In this document: positions 21,154 through 31,675 of the stretch, piece after piece
Layout: each line of letters starts with the position of its first letter
Position numbering within the stretch: the first letter of the stretch is position 1
Origin: Candidatus Cloacimonadales bacterium
Lineage (GTDB): Bacteria > Cloacimonadota > Cloacimonadia > Cloacimonadales > JAFGVF01
Direction: 5' to 3'
Assembly (NCBI GenBank): GCA_963677495.2
Contig: CAXXOU010000001.1
Coordinates: 864,001-928,000, forward strand
Length of the DNA stretch: 64,000 bases
Notes under the pieces: model-generated
The model's input: the letters and a program-made list of their open reading frames with translations, nothing else
Told to the model about the DNA's origin: nothing
Database searches by the model: none
Made by a program: the position numbers and the translations under genes

Positions 21154-22209
21154 ATGGTCGGACTTATAATCGCAGGAGGAACGGGCACCAGATTCTGGCC
21201 GGCAAGTCGCAAGAGTTTGCCAAAACAGTATCTAAACATTTTAGGTGAAGATAGTATGATTAAAATGACAGTCAACAGACTGTTAAAGAAGATATCAATT
21301 GATAAGATCTATATTAGCACTACTGCTGCTCAGGTTGAGTTAGTGAAAAGAGAATTACCTGATCTACCAGAGAAGAATATTATAATTGAACCAATGGGAA
21401 TGAATACAGCTCCATGTATTGGTTTAAGTACAAAGTATATGAAGCGGTTTGAAGACACATCCGAGCCAATGATTGTTTTACCTGCAGACCACTTGATTAA
21501 AGATGAAGCTGGTTTCATTAAGTCAATTGAAATGGCTGAAATTCCTGCTAAAGATGGCTATCATGTAACCTTCGGTATTATCCCTGCTTATCCGGCTACC
21601 GGATATGGATATATTGAATCAGCAGCTCAATATGCTGATGGGATGTTCCACGTGAAACAATTCAAAGAAAAGCCTGATCATGTTACTGCAAAATACTTCA
21701 TTGAACAGGGTAATTTCTTCTGGAATAGCGGTCAGTTCTGCTGGACTATTGAGACTATTGATAATAGCTTTAAGACTAAATTACCGGCTGTTGAAGCAGT
21801 TCTTAATGAGATTGAAGCTAAATGGGATGCTGAAGGCGTGACAGCTGATATCACAGATTTGTATAGCAAGATGCCAAAGATACCTGTTGATATTGGTATT
21901 ATGGAACAAGTTGAGAAGAGAGTTGTTATACCGGTTGATTATGGTTGGAGTGATGTAGGTTCCTGGAGAGCCTTGGCTGATATCTCTGATGTAGATATTA
22001 ATGGTAATACTTTCTTTGGTGACCATATATCTCTCGATAGTAGAAACAACTATATCCGAACTGAGAAGTTTGTTGCTTTAATCGATATGGATGATGTAAT
22101 TGTTGTAGAAACAGACGATGCTATTCTTATTACAAACAGAAAGAAAGCTGAACTTGTTAAGAACGTTGTAACTAAACTTAAGGAAGATAAGAAGGATAAT
22201 CTCCTTTAA
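21154..22209 (+). CDS. manC: Mannose-1-phosphate guanylyltransferase
   Basis: IAGGTGTRFWPASR..PKQ, EPMGMNTAPCI, TGYGYI, FKEKP, WNSG, GWSDVGSW. Confidence 0.93.
   Translation: MVGLIIAGGTGTRFWPASRKSLPKQYLNILGEDSMIKMTVNRLLKKISIDKIYISTTAAQVELVKRELPDLPEKNIIIEPMGMNTAPCIGLSTKYMKRFEDTSEPMIVLPADHLIKDEAGFIKSIEMAEIPAKDGYHVTFGIIPAYPATGYGYIESAAQYADGMFHVKQFKEKPDHVTAKYFIEQGNFFWNSGQFCWTIETIDNSFKTKLPAVEAVLNEIEAKWDAEGVTADITDLYSKMPKIPVDIGIMEQVEKRVVIPVDYGWSDVGSWRALADISDVDINGNTFFGDHISLDSRNNYIRTEKFVALIDMDDVIVVETDDAILITNRKKAELVKNVVTKLKEDKKDNLL
21644..21659. promoter_or_regulatory. parS site inside manC
   Basis: TGTTCCACGTGAAACA, exact match to the TGTTNCACGTGAAACA consensus. Confidence 0.85.
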
Positions 22210-23030
22210 TGATATGGCTGTTACTTAGCATTATCTGTTCAGCTAGTATTGCAAGCTTACTAAAATATTATAACGATGCCGATGAAAAACTACCTATTAT
22301 GGTGGTTTTTTTCGGCAATTATTTTTTAGCTACAGCTCTGAGTGCTTACCTTGCTCTACCATTTCCCGGTTCGATTTCTATTAGTGAAATAGCTCTTGGC
22401 TCTTCAATTGGGATACTATTTATTATAGGTTTCCTCTGCTATCAGAGAAACATAGTTGTTAATGGAATATCTCTTAGCGTCTCAGTAATGAGGATGTCTT
22501 TATTGATACCTGTATTGATGTCTATCCTCGTGTTTAAGGAAGTACTAAATCCATTAAACTATGCCGGAGTTATCGTAATAATAGCAGTTTTCTTCCTAAT
22601 GGGTGGGAAAGAGAAACGCTCAAACTATATGTGGCTTCTAGCTCTTTTCGTAGCTATTGGTTTGAGTGATGCAGGTATGAAAGTGTTCAAAGTAATCAGC
22701 GATAAATCAGATCCGTTCTTCCTTTTTCTTGTCTTTGGTTCAGCACTAATAACTTCAATAACTGTTGTTATGGCCAGAAGAAGTAAGATCAAACCAAAGC
22801 ATCTAATTTGGGGATTAATCTTAGGAATACCCAACCAGCTAACATCGTTGTTCTTCCTTAAAAGTCTTGATGTTCTTGATGCAACAATCGTCTATCCAAC
22901 CTTTGCATCTGGTGTAGTTATCGTTGGAATTGCTACTGATATCTTTATCTGGAAAAGTAAAATTGACAAGAGAAAGGCATTATTTTTATTGATTATCATT
23001 ATTGGAGTTATATTAATAAACATAAGATAG
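22209..23030 (+). CDS. DMT/EamA-family transporter
   Basis: About 10 hydrophobic segments in two repeats; G(I)PN motif. Confidence 0.8.
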   Translation: MIWLLLSIICSASIASLLKYYNDADEKLPIMVVFFGNYFLATALSAYLALPFPGSISISEIALGSSIGILFIIGFLCYQRNIVVNGISLSVSVMRMSLLIPVLMSILVFKEVLNPLNYAGVIVIIAVFFLMGGKEKRSNYMWLLALFVAIGLSDAGMKVFKVISDKSDPFFLFLVFGSALITSITVVMARRSKIKPKHLIWGLILGIPNQLTSLFFLKSLDVLDATIVYPTFASGVVIVGIATDIFIWKSKIDKRKALFLLIIIIGVILINIR

Positions 23031-23038
23031 AGGTTTAA

Positions 23039-23407
23039 ATGTATAGAATTAACGTAAGATCACATTTCTCTTCTGCCCACAAACTGAATGGGTACGAAGG
23101 TGCTTGTAAAAACATGCACGGACATAATTGGAAAGTAAGACTTGAGATTGGTTGTACTGAGGTTGATGAGATTGGTATGGCAATGGATTTTAATGATGTG
23201 AAGAAGTATCTCAATGAACTGATGGAGATGCTTGACCATAAAGTGTTAAATGAGTTGCCACCATTTCAAACTCAGAATCCAACTTCTGAGAATATTGCTA
23301 GATGGTTATTCGATGAGTTCGAAGTAAGAATCAATTCTGATACAAGACATATCCATGAAGTAGAGATCTGGGAATCAGAAAAGTCTTCAGTGATTTATAG
23401 TAAGTAA
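23039..23407 (+). CDS. queD: 6-carboxytetrahydropterin synthase
   Basis: FSSAH, C.NMHGHNW, LDHKVLN, NPTSENIA, IWES. Confidence 0.95.
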   Translation: MYRINVRSHFSSAHKLNGYEGACKNMHGHNWKVRLEIGCTEVDEIGMAMDFNDVKKYLNELMEMLDHKVLNELPPFQTQNPTSENIARWLFDEFEVRINSDTRHIHEVEIWESEKSSVIYSK

Positions 23408-23408
23408 T

Positions 23409-24020
23409 ATGCTTAGAGTTGTAGATTCAAGCTTCATTAAAAGCTGCACTAAACCGGACCATTATCCGACAAATCCTTATGTTGATATTGCCTTTGCCGG
23501 TAAATCGAATGTGGGTAAATCTTCTATGGTTAATACCCTCGTTAAGAGAAAGCTATTAGCTAAGAAAAGTAATACTCCGGGTAAGACAAAACTGATTAAT
23601 TACTTCCAAATCGCTTTCAAGAAAGATGAACTGGATGATAGATTATATCTAAACTTTGTAGACCTTCCCGGTTATGGTTTCGCAAAAGTTGGTAAAGCTG
23701 AGAAGCAATCATGGAGACGTATGATTGAAGAATACTTTAAAGAGCGTACTCAACTGCGAGCTGTATTCTTATTAGTTGATATCAGGCATAAAGCAGACCC
23801 TAAGGATAAGCTTATGATTGAGATGCTTGAAAGCATGAATATCCCTTATTGTTTAGTTGCAACTAAGTCAGATAAGATTGCTAAGAATAAAATCCAGAAG
23901 ACTCTCAAAGAGTTGAAAGCTCAGCTTAATAGTACAACAGATCAGCTTTTCTCGTTCTCAAGTTTGAATAAAACCGGAATTACCCCAATCTTTAATTGGA
24001 TAGAAGAAAGAGTTTTCTAA
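23409..24020 (+). CDS. engB: Ribosome biogenesis GTPase EngB/YihA/YsxC
   Basis: GKSNVGKSS, TPGKT, DLPGYG, TKSDK. Confidence 0.96.
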   Translation: MLRVVDSSFIKSCTKPDHYPTNPYVDIAFAGKSNVGKSSMVNTLVKRKLLAKKSNTPGKTKLINYFQIAFKKDELDDRLYLNFVDLPGYGFAKVGKAEKQSWRRMIEEYFKERTQLRAVFLLVDIRHKADPKDKLMIEMLESMNIPYCLVATKSDKIAKNKIQKTLKELKAQLNSTTDQLFSFSSLNKTGITPIFNWIEERVF

Positions 24021-25135
24021 TGAAAAAGATTCATCTCATCATAGGTGCAAGACCCAATATAATGAAGATGGGCCCTTTGTATAAAGAGCTTCAAAAACAT
24101 TCTCATAAGTATATTACTCAAATAGTACATACCGGTCAGCATTATGATGAGAGAATGAGTGATCTTTTCTTCTCAGAACTGAATATATCTAAACCTGATT
24201 TCGAGCTTGAGGTTGGTTCAGCTTCTCATGCAGAACAAACAGCTAGAATCATGGAAAGATATGAGGAAGTGGTATTGAAGAGCTCACCGGATCTGATTAT
24301 TGTTGCCGGAGATGTAAACAGTACACTTGCATGTACACTTGTTGCAACTAAACTTCATATTCCTATAGCTCATCTTGAAGCCGGACTTAGGAGTTTTGAT
24401 CGTTCAATGCCTGAAGAGATTAATCGAATTGTAACTGATTCAATCTCAGATCTTCTTCTGACACCTTCAAAGGATGCAGATATCAACCTGACTAAGGAAG
24501 GTTTTGCAAAAGAGAAGATTCATTTTGTTGGCAATATCATGATCGATAGTTTGATTAATAATCTTAATAAAGCTAAAGATTCTGATATCTTAAACAAACT
24601 AACATTGGAACCACAGTCGTATATACTAATGACAATGCATCGTCCATCTAATGTTGATAATCTTGATTCATTAAAAGAACTGGTAGATGTTGTAAGAAAT
24701 ATCGCTAACCTTATGCCTGTTGTTATTCCGATTCATCCCAGAACTGAAAGCAACATAAAGATGTTTGGGTTAGAATCTGAGTTCTATTCTATCAAGAATC
24801 TCTTTGTGCTTCCACCTGTCGGATATCATGATATGCTAAAACTTGAGATGAATGCAAATTGTGTTGTCACAGATTCCGGAGGTATTCAGGAAGAAACAAC
24901 TTTTATGGGTGTTCCATGTTTAACTGTTAGAGAAAATACTGAACGTCCAATCACAATTACTTCCGGAACAAACAAGCTTGTTAAACTAAACACAAAAGTG
25001 ATTCTTGCAGAAATAGACAAAATTTTATCTGTTTCAGATTGTGATTACTCAATTCCTGAATATTGGGATGGTAACACTTCAGCAAGAATAGTAGATGTAT
25101 TAGATAATTACTTCAAATCTCACTCCAAAAACTAA
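24020..25135 (+). CDS. wecB: UDP-N-acetylglucosamine 2-epimerase (non-hydrolysing)
   Basis: GARPN, HTGQHYD, GDVNST, HLEAGLRS, PEEINR, TDSGGIQEE. The ATG at 24020 overlaps the engB stop; the ORF track starts at 23996. Confidence 0.95.
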   Translation: MKKIHLIIGARPNIMKMGPLYKELQKHSHKYITQIVHTGQHYDERMSDLFFSELNISKPDFELEVGSASHAEQTARIMERYEEVVLKSSPDLIIVAGDVNSTLACTLVATKLHIPIAHLEAGLRSFDRSMPEEINRIVTDSISDLLLTPSKDADINLTKEGFAKEKIHFVGNIMIDSLINNLNKAKDSDILNKLTLEPQSYILMTMHRPSNVDNLDSLKELVDVVRNIANLMPVVIPIHPRTESNIKMFGLESEFYSIKNLFVLPPVGYHDMLKLEMNANCVVTDSGGIQEETTFMGVPCLTVRENTERPITITSGTNKLVKLNTKVILAEIDKILSVSDCDYSIPEYWDGNTSARIVDVLDNYFKSHSKN

Positions 25136-25343
25136 GCTTCATAAGAAGCTACAGTAAGGAAAACTCAATTAAATTAATATTCTTTCCTGTCTTCTCGTAA
25201 ATTCCCTTAAAAACACTGATTTTGGACGAAATTGGGTGGTATGTATATTTTTACTCCATTTTTAGGATAAATCGCTATTGAACCTGATTTCAATGAGTGA
25301 CCTTTCTTTCGAACTTTCTCTTAAACTATTATCAAGTCTTAAT

Positions 25344-25501
25344 CTTCTCTTTATCTTGTTGCATCAAAAACCTTGAATCTCGCTAGTCCCTCCCTTTAGC
25401 CTCCCTAGACCCTCCCTATGAATCCCTAAAGTTATCCACATCGTGTGCATAACTTATTTAACGGTGCAAAGAAGCTCTTGATGCGATTAGATAAAGAGAA
25501 G
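25344..25501. repeat. Inverted-repeat-bounded module containing phased TCCCT motifs and an inverted DnaA-box pair
   Basis: IRs cttctctttatcttgttgcatcaa (25344-25367) and ttgatgcgattagataaagagaag (25478-25501); tccct at 25391, 25402, 25413, 25423; TTATCCACA-tcg-TGTGCATAA 25432-25452. Confidence 0.7.
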
Positions 25502-25593
25502 AAGAGGACGAGAAGTTGAAATATAATGATTAAATTAGATTTCCCTGTTATAGCTAACTGATAAACTTACTCGAATACAATAGTTCTTCATTT

Positions 25594-25688
25594 CTTCCGA
25601 ATAGCTTGGGATTTGCTTGCTCAAAACTTGGGCATATCCTCAAGTATTGTCCAAGTAATGCCCAAGGATTGCTCAAGTGTTCCGCAGG
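25594..25688. repeat. 11-bp-phased inverted CTTG/CAAG array; inverted homolog at 47977-48060
   Basis: cttg 25605, 25616, 25627; caag 25641, 25652, 25663, 25674. Ungapped reverse-complement alignment to 47977-48060 gave 52/84 identities by hand. Confidence 0.7.
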
Positions 25689-25730
25689 AATTGTAATAGA
25701 GAAAATAAGGAATAATAATGGAAAAATTAA

Positions 25731-25925
25731 GCTCTGAAAGAGCGATTGCTCAATAGCCCCATGCGACTTGTCGCTTGGGGTTAAAGTTCACGGTCAAGAT
25801 TAGCCCTGAAGGGGCGTCTGATCGCTAAACATGTTAATCTTACGCCCCTTTAGGGCTACATCTTTTTAAATTACGTTTACCAAATGCCAAAGCTTGTGGC
25901 TATTGCACAGACGCCTTTTCAAGGC
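25731..25925 (+). repeat. ~195-bp composite REP-like element (copy 1 of 4)
   Basis: gctctgaaagagc...agccccatgcgacttgtcgcttggggtt...gccctgaaggggcg...gccaaagcttgtggctattg...ttcaaggc. Other copies at 48273-48466, 60847-61046 and 61947-62129. Confidence 0.85.
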
Positions 25926-26769
25926 CAAAACAAGCTGAAGGAGTTTTGAGCAATTGAGGACACTCGCACTACATTGTACTGCGACTCTCCTGAGTTGCTG
26001 TGACGACAGAGTCGTCAGCTTCCACTGACCGTAATTTAGAATATTACAGTCCAAGTATGTTCTCTACAGCTGACATCTCTTCAGTCAATACTAGTTTCAG
26101 TACACGATAAGCTTCCACAATATAGCTTTTCAAACTATGTGCAAGTGTGGACACTCGCACTACATTGTACTGCGACTCTCCTGAGTTGCTGTGACGACAG
26201 AGTCGTCAGCTCCACTGACCGTAATTTAGATTATTACAGTCCATCCAAGTATGTTCTCTACAGCTGACATCTCTTCAGTCAATACTAATTTCAGTACACG
26301 ATAAGCTTCCACAATATAGCTTTTCAAGCTATGTGCAAGTGTGGACACTCACACTACATTGTACTGCGACTCTCCTGAGTTGCTGTGACGACAGAGTCGT
26401 CAGCTCCACTGACCGTAATTTAGATTATTACAGTCCATCCAAGTATGTTCTCTACAGCTGACATCTCTTCAGTCAATACTAATTTCAGTACACGATAAGC
26501 TTCCACAATATAGCTTTTCAAGCTATGTGCAAGTGTGGACACTCACACTACGTTGTACTGCGACTCTCCTGAGTTGCTGTGACGACAGAGTCGTCAGCTT
26601 CCACTGACAGTAATTTAGAATATTACAGTCCAAGTATGTTCTCTACAGCTGACATCTCTTCAGTCAATACTTGTCAATGGCAGTGAGAAATGGTACACGA
26701 TGGCAGTGAAAAGTGGTACAAAACTGCCAACCTTTAAAAATGACTACTTCAAGACAGTTTGGAGTAGGT

Positions 26770-28245
26770 ATGATTGGAGTAGAAGTGTATCATTCAATAA
26801 AAACTATGCATAAGCAAGGGCATAGTCAGCGTAAGATCGCAGAGGAGTTGTCTCTATCAAAGACAACAGTAGGTAAATACATAAATATGACACTTGATGA
26901 GTTCATGGAACTAATAAACAATAGCATTCGTGAAAGCAGTTTTGCCATATGTGAGCAATATGTCCGCGAAAGGCTTAGCAAATATCCACGATTAAGAGCT
27001 AGTGTACTATATTTAGAAGTTAAGAAAAAGTTCCCTGAGATAAAAGCAAAAGACAGAGCTTTCCGAGATTTTGTTCGTAAGCTAAAGCAGACTTATCCTG
27101 TCGATAAATACCGTAATTATGCAGTAATCGAGACGGCTCCCGGTGTTCAGGTTCAAGTTGATCCAGGTGAGATGAAAGTAGTTTTGGGTAATAAACGTCA
27201 AAGAGTTTATTTTATAGTTTTTGTGCTTTCCCACTCGCGTCAAAGCTATGTCCATTGGAGCACAACACCATATAACACATCAAGGTTTATTGAAGCTCAT
27301 CGTGAAGCTTTTATCTATTTTGAAGGTATCCCTTCAGAGTGTGTTTACGACCAGACAAAGCTTGTAGTAATACAGGAACGCTATCGGGAAGTAATCTTAA
27401 ATAATCAGTTCCATCAGTTTGCAGCAAAAACGGGCTTTCATCCTCATGTATGCGAAGGCTATGATCCACAAAGCAAGGGTAAAGTAGAGCGTAATGTCTC
27501 AGAAGTAAAGCATGGCTTTATGTATGGCAAAGAGTTCAAAGACCTGGCAGACCTGCGTTCACGCGGACTTGAGTGGCTTTTACACTTTAACGGCAGAACC
27601 CATGGCACAACCCGTAAAGTACCATCAGAAGTATGGCAAGAAGAGAGGTTAAAGCTAAAAGATATTCCAGAGTTTATCTTCACTTTAGAAGTTCGTAATG
27701 CAGATAAAACAGGCTTAATCTCGTATGAGGGTAATAAGTACTCTGTTCCATTAGAGTATCAGCGAAAACAGGTATATGTGCAAAAAGAAAAGAGCACTTT
27801 AGTGGTGATGGATATTTATACAAGAAAGGAAATCTGCCAACATGAGCTATGCACAGAAAAAGGCAAAATCATCAAAAACACTAATCATTATCGGGATTTT
27901 ACGGTAGTGCTACAAGAGCTTATTGAGCGAGTAAAGGATGAGATGAGTGAATATATCCAAGGAGAAGAACTAATCCAGAGGCTTGTTAATGATAACCCTA
28001 AAATAGCAAGGGATCAGTTGAGAGCCTTAAGCAAGTTTAAGCGTAACTATGAAACAGATGTATGGGAGTCAGTGCTTCCTGAGGTAATGACTCTTTCGCA
28101 TGTAAAGGCAACAGCCATAGAGAAGCTTCTGAATGCAAAAGTAAGACAAATGAAGCTAAATGAATTATCAGAATCAGAACCACAACAAGACTCAGAGAGT
28201 TCATTAATAGAGCGCTCATTAGATGACTACATGAAGGTGTTATAA
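26770..28245 (+). CDS. istA: IS21 transposase IstA
   Basis: N-terminal HTH, ETAPGVQVQVD, YDQTK, PQSKGKVE, GNKYSVP. The ATG at 26770 follows ggag; the ORF track starts at 26713. Confidence 0.95.
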   Translation: MIGVEVYHSIKTMHKQGHSQRKIAEELSLSKTTVGKYINMTLDEFMELINNSIRESSFAICEQYVRERLSKYPRLRASVLYLEVKKKFPEIKAKDRAFRDFVRKLKQTYPVDKYRNYAVIETAPGVQVQVDPGEMKVVLGNKRQRVYFIVFVLSHSRQSYVHWSTTPYNTSRFIEAHREAFIYFEGIPSECVYDQTKLVVIQERYREVILNNQFHQFAAKTGFHPHVCEGYDPQSKGKVERNVSEVKHGFMYGKEFKDLADLRSRGLEWLLHFNGRTHGTTRKVPSEVWQEERLKLKDIPEFIFTLEVRNADKTGLISYEGNKYSVPLEYQRKQVYVQKEKSTLVVMDIYTRKEICQHELCTEKGKIIKNTNHYRDFTVVLQELIERVKDEMSEYIQGEELIQRLVNDNPKIARDQLRALSKFKRNYETDVWESVLPEVMTLSHVKATAIEKLLNAKVRQMKLNELSESEPQQDSESSLIERSLDDYMKVL

Positions 28246-28246
28246 G

Positions 28247-28978
28247 ATGATAGAGATAACTAAAACATACATCAAAAGGGCTCGTTGTACTCATATTTTG
28301 AATACTCTTGAAAGTGCAGTTTTAGAAGCAGAGAAACAGAATATGACTTATCTGGAGTTCGTACATTATCTATTTGAAAAAGAGAACTCAGGAAGGAATC
28401 AAACCAATATCAACAGAAGACTTAAACAGGCTCACATCCCGGTAATAAAGACCTTTGATGAGTTCGACTATGCTTATCAACAAGTAATAACCAAAAGACA
28501 AGTAAAGGAGTGGAAGAACTTTGTCTGGCTGGAGCAGAGGAGGAATATAATTTTAATGGGACCTCCGGGAGTAGGTAAGACTCATGTTGCAACAGCACTC
28601 AGTTATGAAGCAATAAAGGCAGGATATAAGGTGGTGTTTTATAATCTGAACAACCTTATCGAAGAACTTGTACTAGCTGAAGCAGATAACAACATAGATA
28701 AATATCTAAGCAATATAGCCAAGAATGATCTGATAGTTATAGATGAGATGGGGTATCTTCCTCTCCAGACAAAGGCAGCTAATCTGTTCTTTAGACTCAT
28801 CCATCTCTTATACGAATTTAGATCAGTAATCATAACATCGAATAGGTTGTTTAATGAATGGGGAGCTATTTTTAACGACAATGTGATAGCAACTGCTATT
28901 CTTGATAGATTACTCCATCACTCACAACCAATTACAATGCTCGGAGACAGCTTTAGACTAAGGAATTTTCAAAAATGA
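28247..28978 (+). CDS. istB: IS21 helper ATPase IstB
   Basis: GPPGVGKTH, IDEMGYLP, ITSN, AILDRLLHH, GDSFR. Confidence 0.97.
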   Translation: MIEITKTYIKRARCTHILNTLESAVLEAEKQNMTYLEFVHYLFEKENSGRNQTNINRRLKQAHIPVIKTFDEFDYAYQQVITKRQVKEWKNFVWLEQRRNIILMGPPGVGKTHVATALSYEAIKAGYKVVFYNLNNLIEELVLAEADNNIDKYLSNIAKNDLIVIDEMGYLPLQTKAANLFFRLIHLLYEFRSVIITSNRLFNEWGAIFNDNVIATAILDRLLHHSQPITMLGDSFRLRNFQK

Positions 28979-29608
28979 AGACTGTACCATTTTTAAATGC
29001 CAAACTGTACCAATTTAAAATGCCATTGACATCAATACTAATTTCAGTACACGATAAGCTTCCACAATATAGCTTTTCAAGCTATGTGCAAGTGTGGACA
29101 CTCGCACTACATTGTACTGCGACTCTCCTGAGTTGCTGTGACGACAGAGTCGTCAGCTCCACTGACCGTAATTTAGAACATTACAGTCCAAGTATGTTCT
29201 CTACAGCTGACATCTCTTCAGTCAATACTAATTTCAGTACACGATAAGCTTCCACAATATAGCTTTTCAAGCTATGTGCAAGTGAGGACACTCGCACTAC
29301 GTTGTACTGCGACTCTCCTGAGTTGCTGTGACGACAGAGTCGTCAACTTCCACTGACAGTAATTTAGAACATTACAGTCCAAGTATGTTCTCTACAGCTG
29401 ACATCTCTTCAGTCAATACTAATTTCAGTACACGATAAGCTTCCACAATATAGCTTTGCAAGCTATGTGCAAGTGAGGACACTCGCACTACGATACCCAA
29501 AACCTTTCAATTCTACAGGATTGCACTATTCAAACAAAAGATAAATCTATGCTCTTTTCTTATTGACATGAAAAGAAATGTAATCATAGTCTTGTTATCG
29601 GAGGAATA

Positions 29609-31669
29609 ATGAAAGGATTATCTTTGCTTGTGATACTGCTGTTCACATTGGTTAGTTTAAATTCTATCCAAGTAGGTGGTACAATGACGCAAGATACAAT
29701 ATGGAGTCCTGCAGATAATCCTGTTCAAGTATTGGAGCATTTAATAATAAGTGAGGGTGTAACACTTACAATTCTTCCCGGAACAGAAATATATATTAGA
29801 CCTCGTCAAATATTGACATTCGAGCAATACATGGCTGGAGTGGAATATGCAGGTGGCACAAGCGAACATAAGATTATCTGGTGTTATGGTAATATTATTG
29901 CAGAAGGAACTGCTGATAACCCCATAATTTTTACAAGAATGAACGATGAAGTGAAAACTTTTTGGGGGGGAATCCTTTTTTACTATGGTAGTGAATGGGG
30001 AGTGTTTAGAAATTGCCAATTTTCATTTACTTCTGACATTATGATTGGACCTGGTTCATGGGTGATTGCTGCATTGTCTAACTGTAGTGCAAATCTTATT
30101 GTACAAGATTGTGAATTTTTTAATTGTTGGGGAAGTATTGATGATAGTGCCCGTGATAAGCAAATTGAGATTATATCAAGTTCTTTTATTACAGATGACG
30201 AACTGAATTATACAGATGATGATATTCCGGTTAAGAGGAATGCTTTAAAAGTTTTTGGAAGATATCCAATAAGAAATGAAGGTTTGATTGCTAATTGCTA
30301 TTTCGAAAACTTTAATTATGCTGATACTGATAATTTACAATGGTGTTTCAATACTCTTGAGTCGGGTGGAAATCCAACACTTATGGCAAGCTGTGATGAA
30401 TATTATAACTTCTTCTACGGTAATTCTTTTACAAATGCATTTACAGCTTTACATGTTTCTGATGTAGCATATATTAGAAATAATAGGTTTATAAGTGGAA
30501 ATGAAAGCATAGATGGAAATTCAAATGTGAAAGTAGTAAACAACTATTTTTTCTGGAATGAAATGCTTTGTGATGATGGAAGTACATATGTGAACAATAA
30601 ATTTTTTAGTGCTAGATGTTTTCCAACAAGACAAGGTTTTTCTAATAATGTTTTGCATGATATACCTTCAAATGAATCAGTTTTATACGGTTTAGAAAAT
30701 TGCCATAATAATGCAAGTATTAACAACTATTACGGAGCATCCTTTACAGGTACTTTTGTAAATGATATTATAGTAGGAAATGATAATGTTCACCCAACTA
30801 ATACAATAAGAGTTAAATCATTTCAAAACTGTATTATAGATTTCCCTATAGAAGGTGATGATATGGTGGACCTTGGAGGTAACATATTTATAGATCCAGA
30901 CAGTATAGCAAGTCTCTTTTTGGATTATGAAGGAAGAGACTTTAGACCTGCACCCGGTTCTCCTGCTATTGATGCCGGTTGTTGGGTTGATACACTAAGC
31001 TGGTGTGAGTATGCAGGTGGTTTTACTGAACGTTTTTGGGATGGAGATGGGGATGGTATTGCCCAACCGGATATTGGACCTTATGAATATGGTGCCCCTG
31101 CTCTTGGTGGAATAAAAGGTTATACACGTAAGAGCACAGGAAATAATGAGATTGTACCTTATGTTCTTATTCATAATGCGTATGATTATAGCGAATTTGT
31201 TATTAGTGATAGTCTGGGATATTATGAACTACCTCTTACAGCAGGTAGATATGAGTTTGTGGTTCAAAGAGTATTCTATGATTCTTTGTATGTTCACAAA
31301 CAGGTAAATGCAGACTATAGCTGGAATGAGTCAGATATATTTCTAGTTCAGAATACAACATATAATGATGAGTATGAAATCTCACCACAACTATCAAGCA
31401 TAGAAGTTAGTAACTTCCCTAATCCTTTTAATCCATCAACCACAATCAGCTATTCATCCCCTGAAAGTGGAGATGTGGAGGTTACTATCTTCAATGTCAG
31501 AGGACAATTAGTCAAACAACTATACAAAGGTTTCAAACCCAAAGGTGGCTATAACATCAAATGGGATGGAACAGATGAGCATAATAATACTGTTGCAACG
31601 GGTGTGTATTTTACGATTGTTAAAACTGGAAATGAGCAGAAAAGCAATAAGATGCTTTTGATGAAGTAG
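29609..31669 (+). CDS. Secreted beta-helix protein with choice-of-anchor Q-like motif and FlgD-Ig/T9SS-like C-terminal domain
   Basis: Signal peptide, GVTLTILPGT, GTADNPIIFT, SPAIDAG...DIGPYEY, NFPNPFNPSTTISY...WDGTD...GVYF. Confidence 0.8.
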   Translation: MKGLSLLVILLFTLVSLNSIQVGGTMTQDTIWSPADNPVQVLEHLIISEGVTLTILPGTEIYIRPRQILTFEQYMAGVEYAGGTSEHKIIWCYGNIIAEGTADNPIIFTRMNDEVKTFWGGILFYYGSEWGVFRNCQFSFTSDIMIGPGSWVIAALSNCSANLIVQDCEFFNCWGSIDDSARDKQIEIISSSFITDDELNYTDDDIPVKRNALKVFGRYPIRNEGLIANCYFENFNYADTDNLQWCFNTLESGGNPTLMASCDEYYNFFYGNSFTNAFTALHVSDVAYIRNNRFISGNESIDGNSNVKVVNNYFFWNEMLCDDGSTYVNNKFFSARCFPTRQGFSNNVLHDIPSNESVLYGLENCHNNASINNYYGASFTGTFVNDIIVGNDNVHPTNTIRVKSFQNCIIDFPIEGDDMVDLGGNIFIDPDSIASLFLDYEGRDFRPAPGSPAIDAGCWVDTLSWCEYAGGFTERFWDGDGDGIAQPDIGPYEYGAPALGGIKGYTRKSTGNNEIVPYVLIHNAYDYSEFVISDSLGYYELPLTAGRYEFVVQRVFYDSLYVHKQVNADYSWNESDIFLVQNTTYNDEYEISPQLSSIEVSNFPNPFNPSTTISYSSPESGDVEVTIFNVRGQLVKQLYKGFKPKGGYNIKWDGTDEHNNTVATGVYFTIVKTGNEQKSNKMLLMK

Positions 31670-31675
31670 GGAATC

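Larger units (their letters stand above)
26672..29031 (+). mobile_element. IS21-family insertion sequence, complete, with 8-bp target duplication
   Basis: Ends TGTCAATGGCA...TGCCATTGACA, two internal tggca..N..tggtaca repeats at each end, istA-istB, direct repeat TCAATACT at 26664-26671 and 29032-29039. Confidence 0.97.
25956..29491. repeat. Tandem array of six 190-194-bp near-identical units built from REP-like hairpins, interrupted by IS21
   Basis: Unit starts (ggacactc) at 25958, 26149, 26343, 26537, 29096 and 29286, with a terminal partial unit at 29477-29491. No unique spacers. Confidence 0.95.

Noticed and set aside
26075..26105. Minimal hammerhead ribozyme on the minus strand of the array unit (GAAACTAGTA...CTGAAGAG)
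   Set aside because: Stems I and II cannot form convincingly, most units read GAAATTAGTA, and the solo copy near 47420 lacks CTGANGA.
25866..29247. Short ORFs 25866-26054 and 28975-29247
   Set aside because: Translations of repeat units or the IS end; the frames are not conserved between units.
25956..29491. CRISPR array
   Set aside because: Units are near-identical over their full ~191 bp with no unique spacers, and there are no cas genes in the window.
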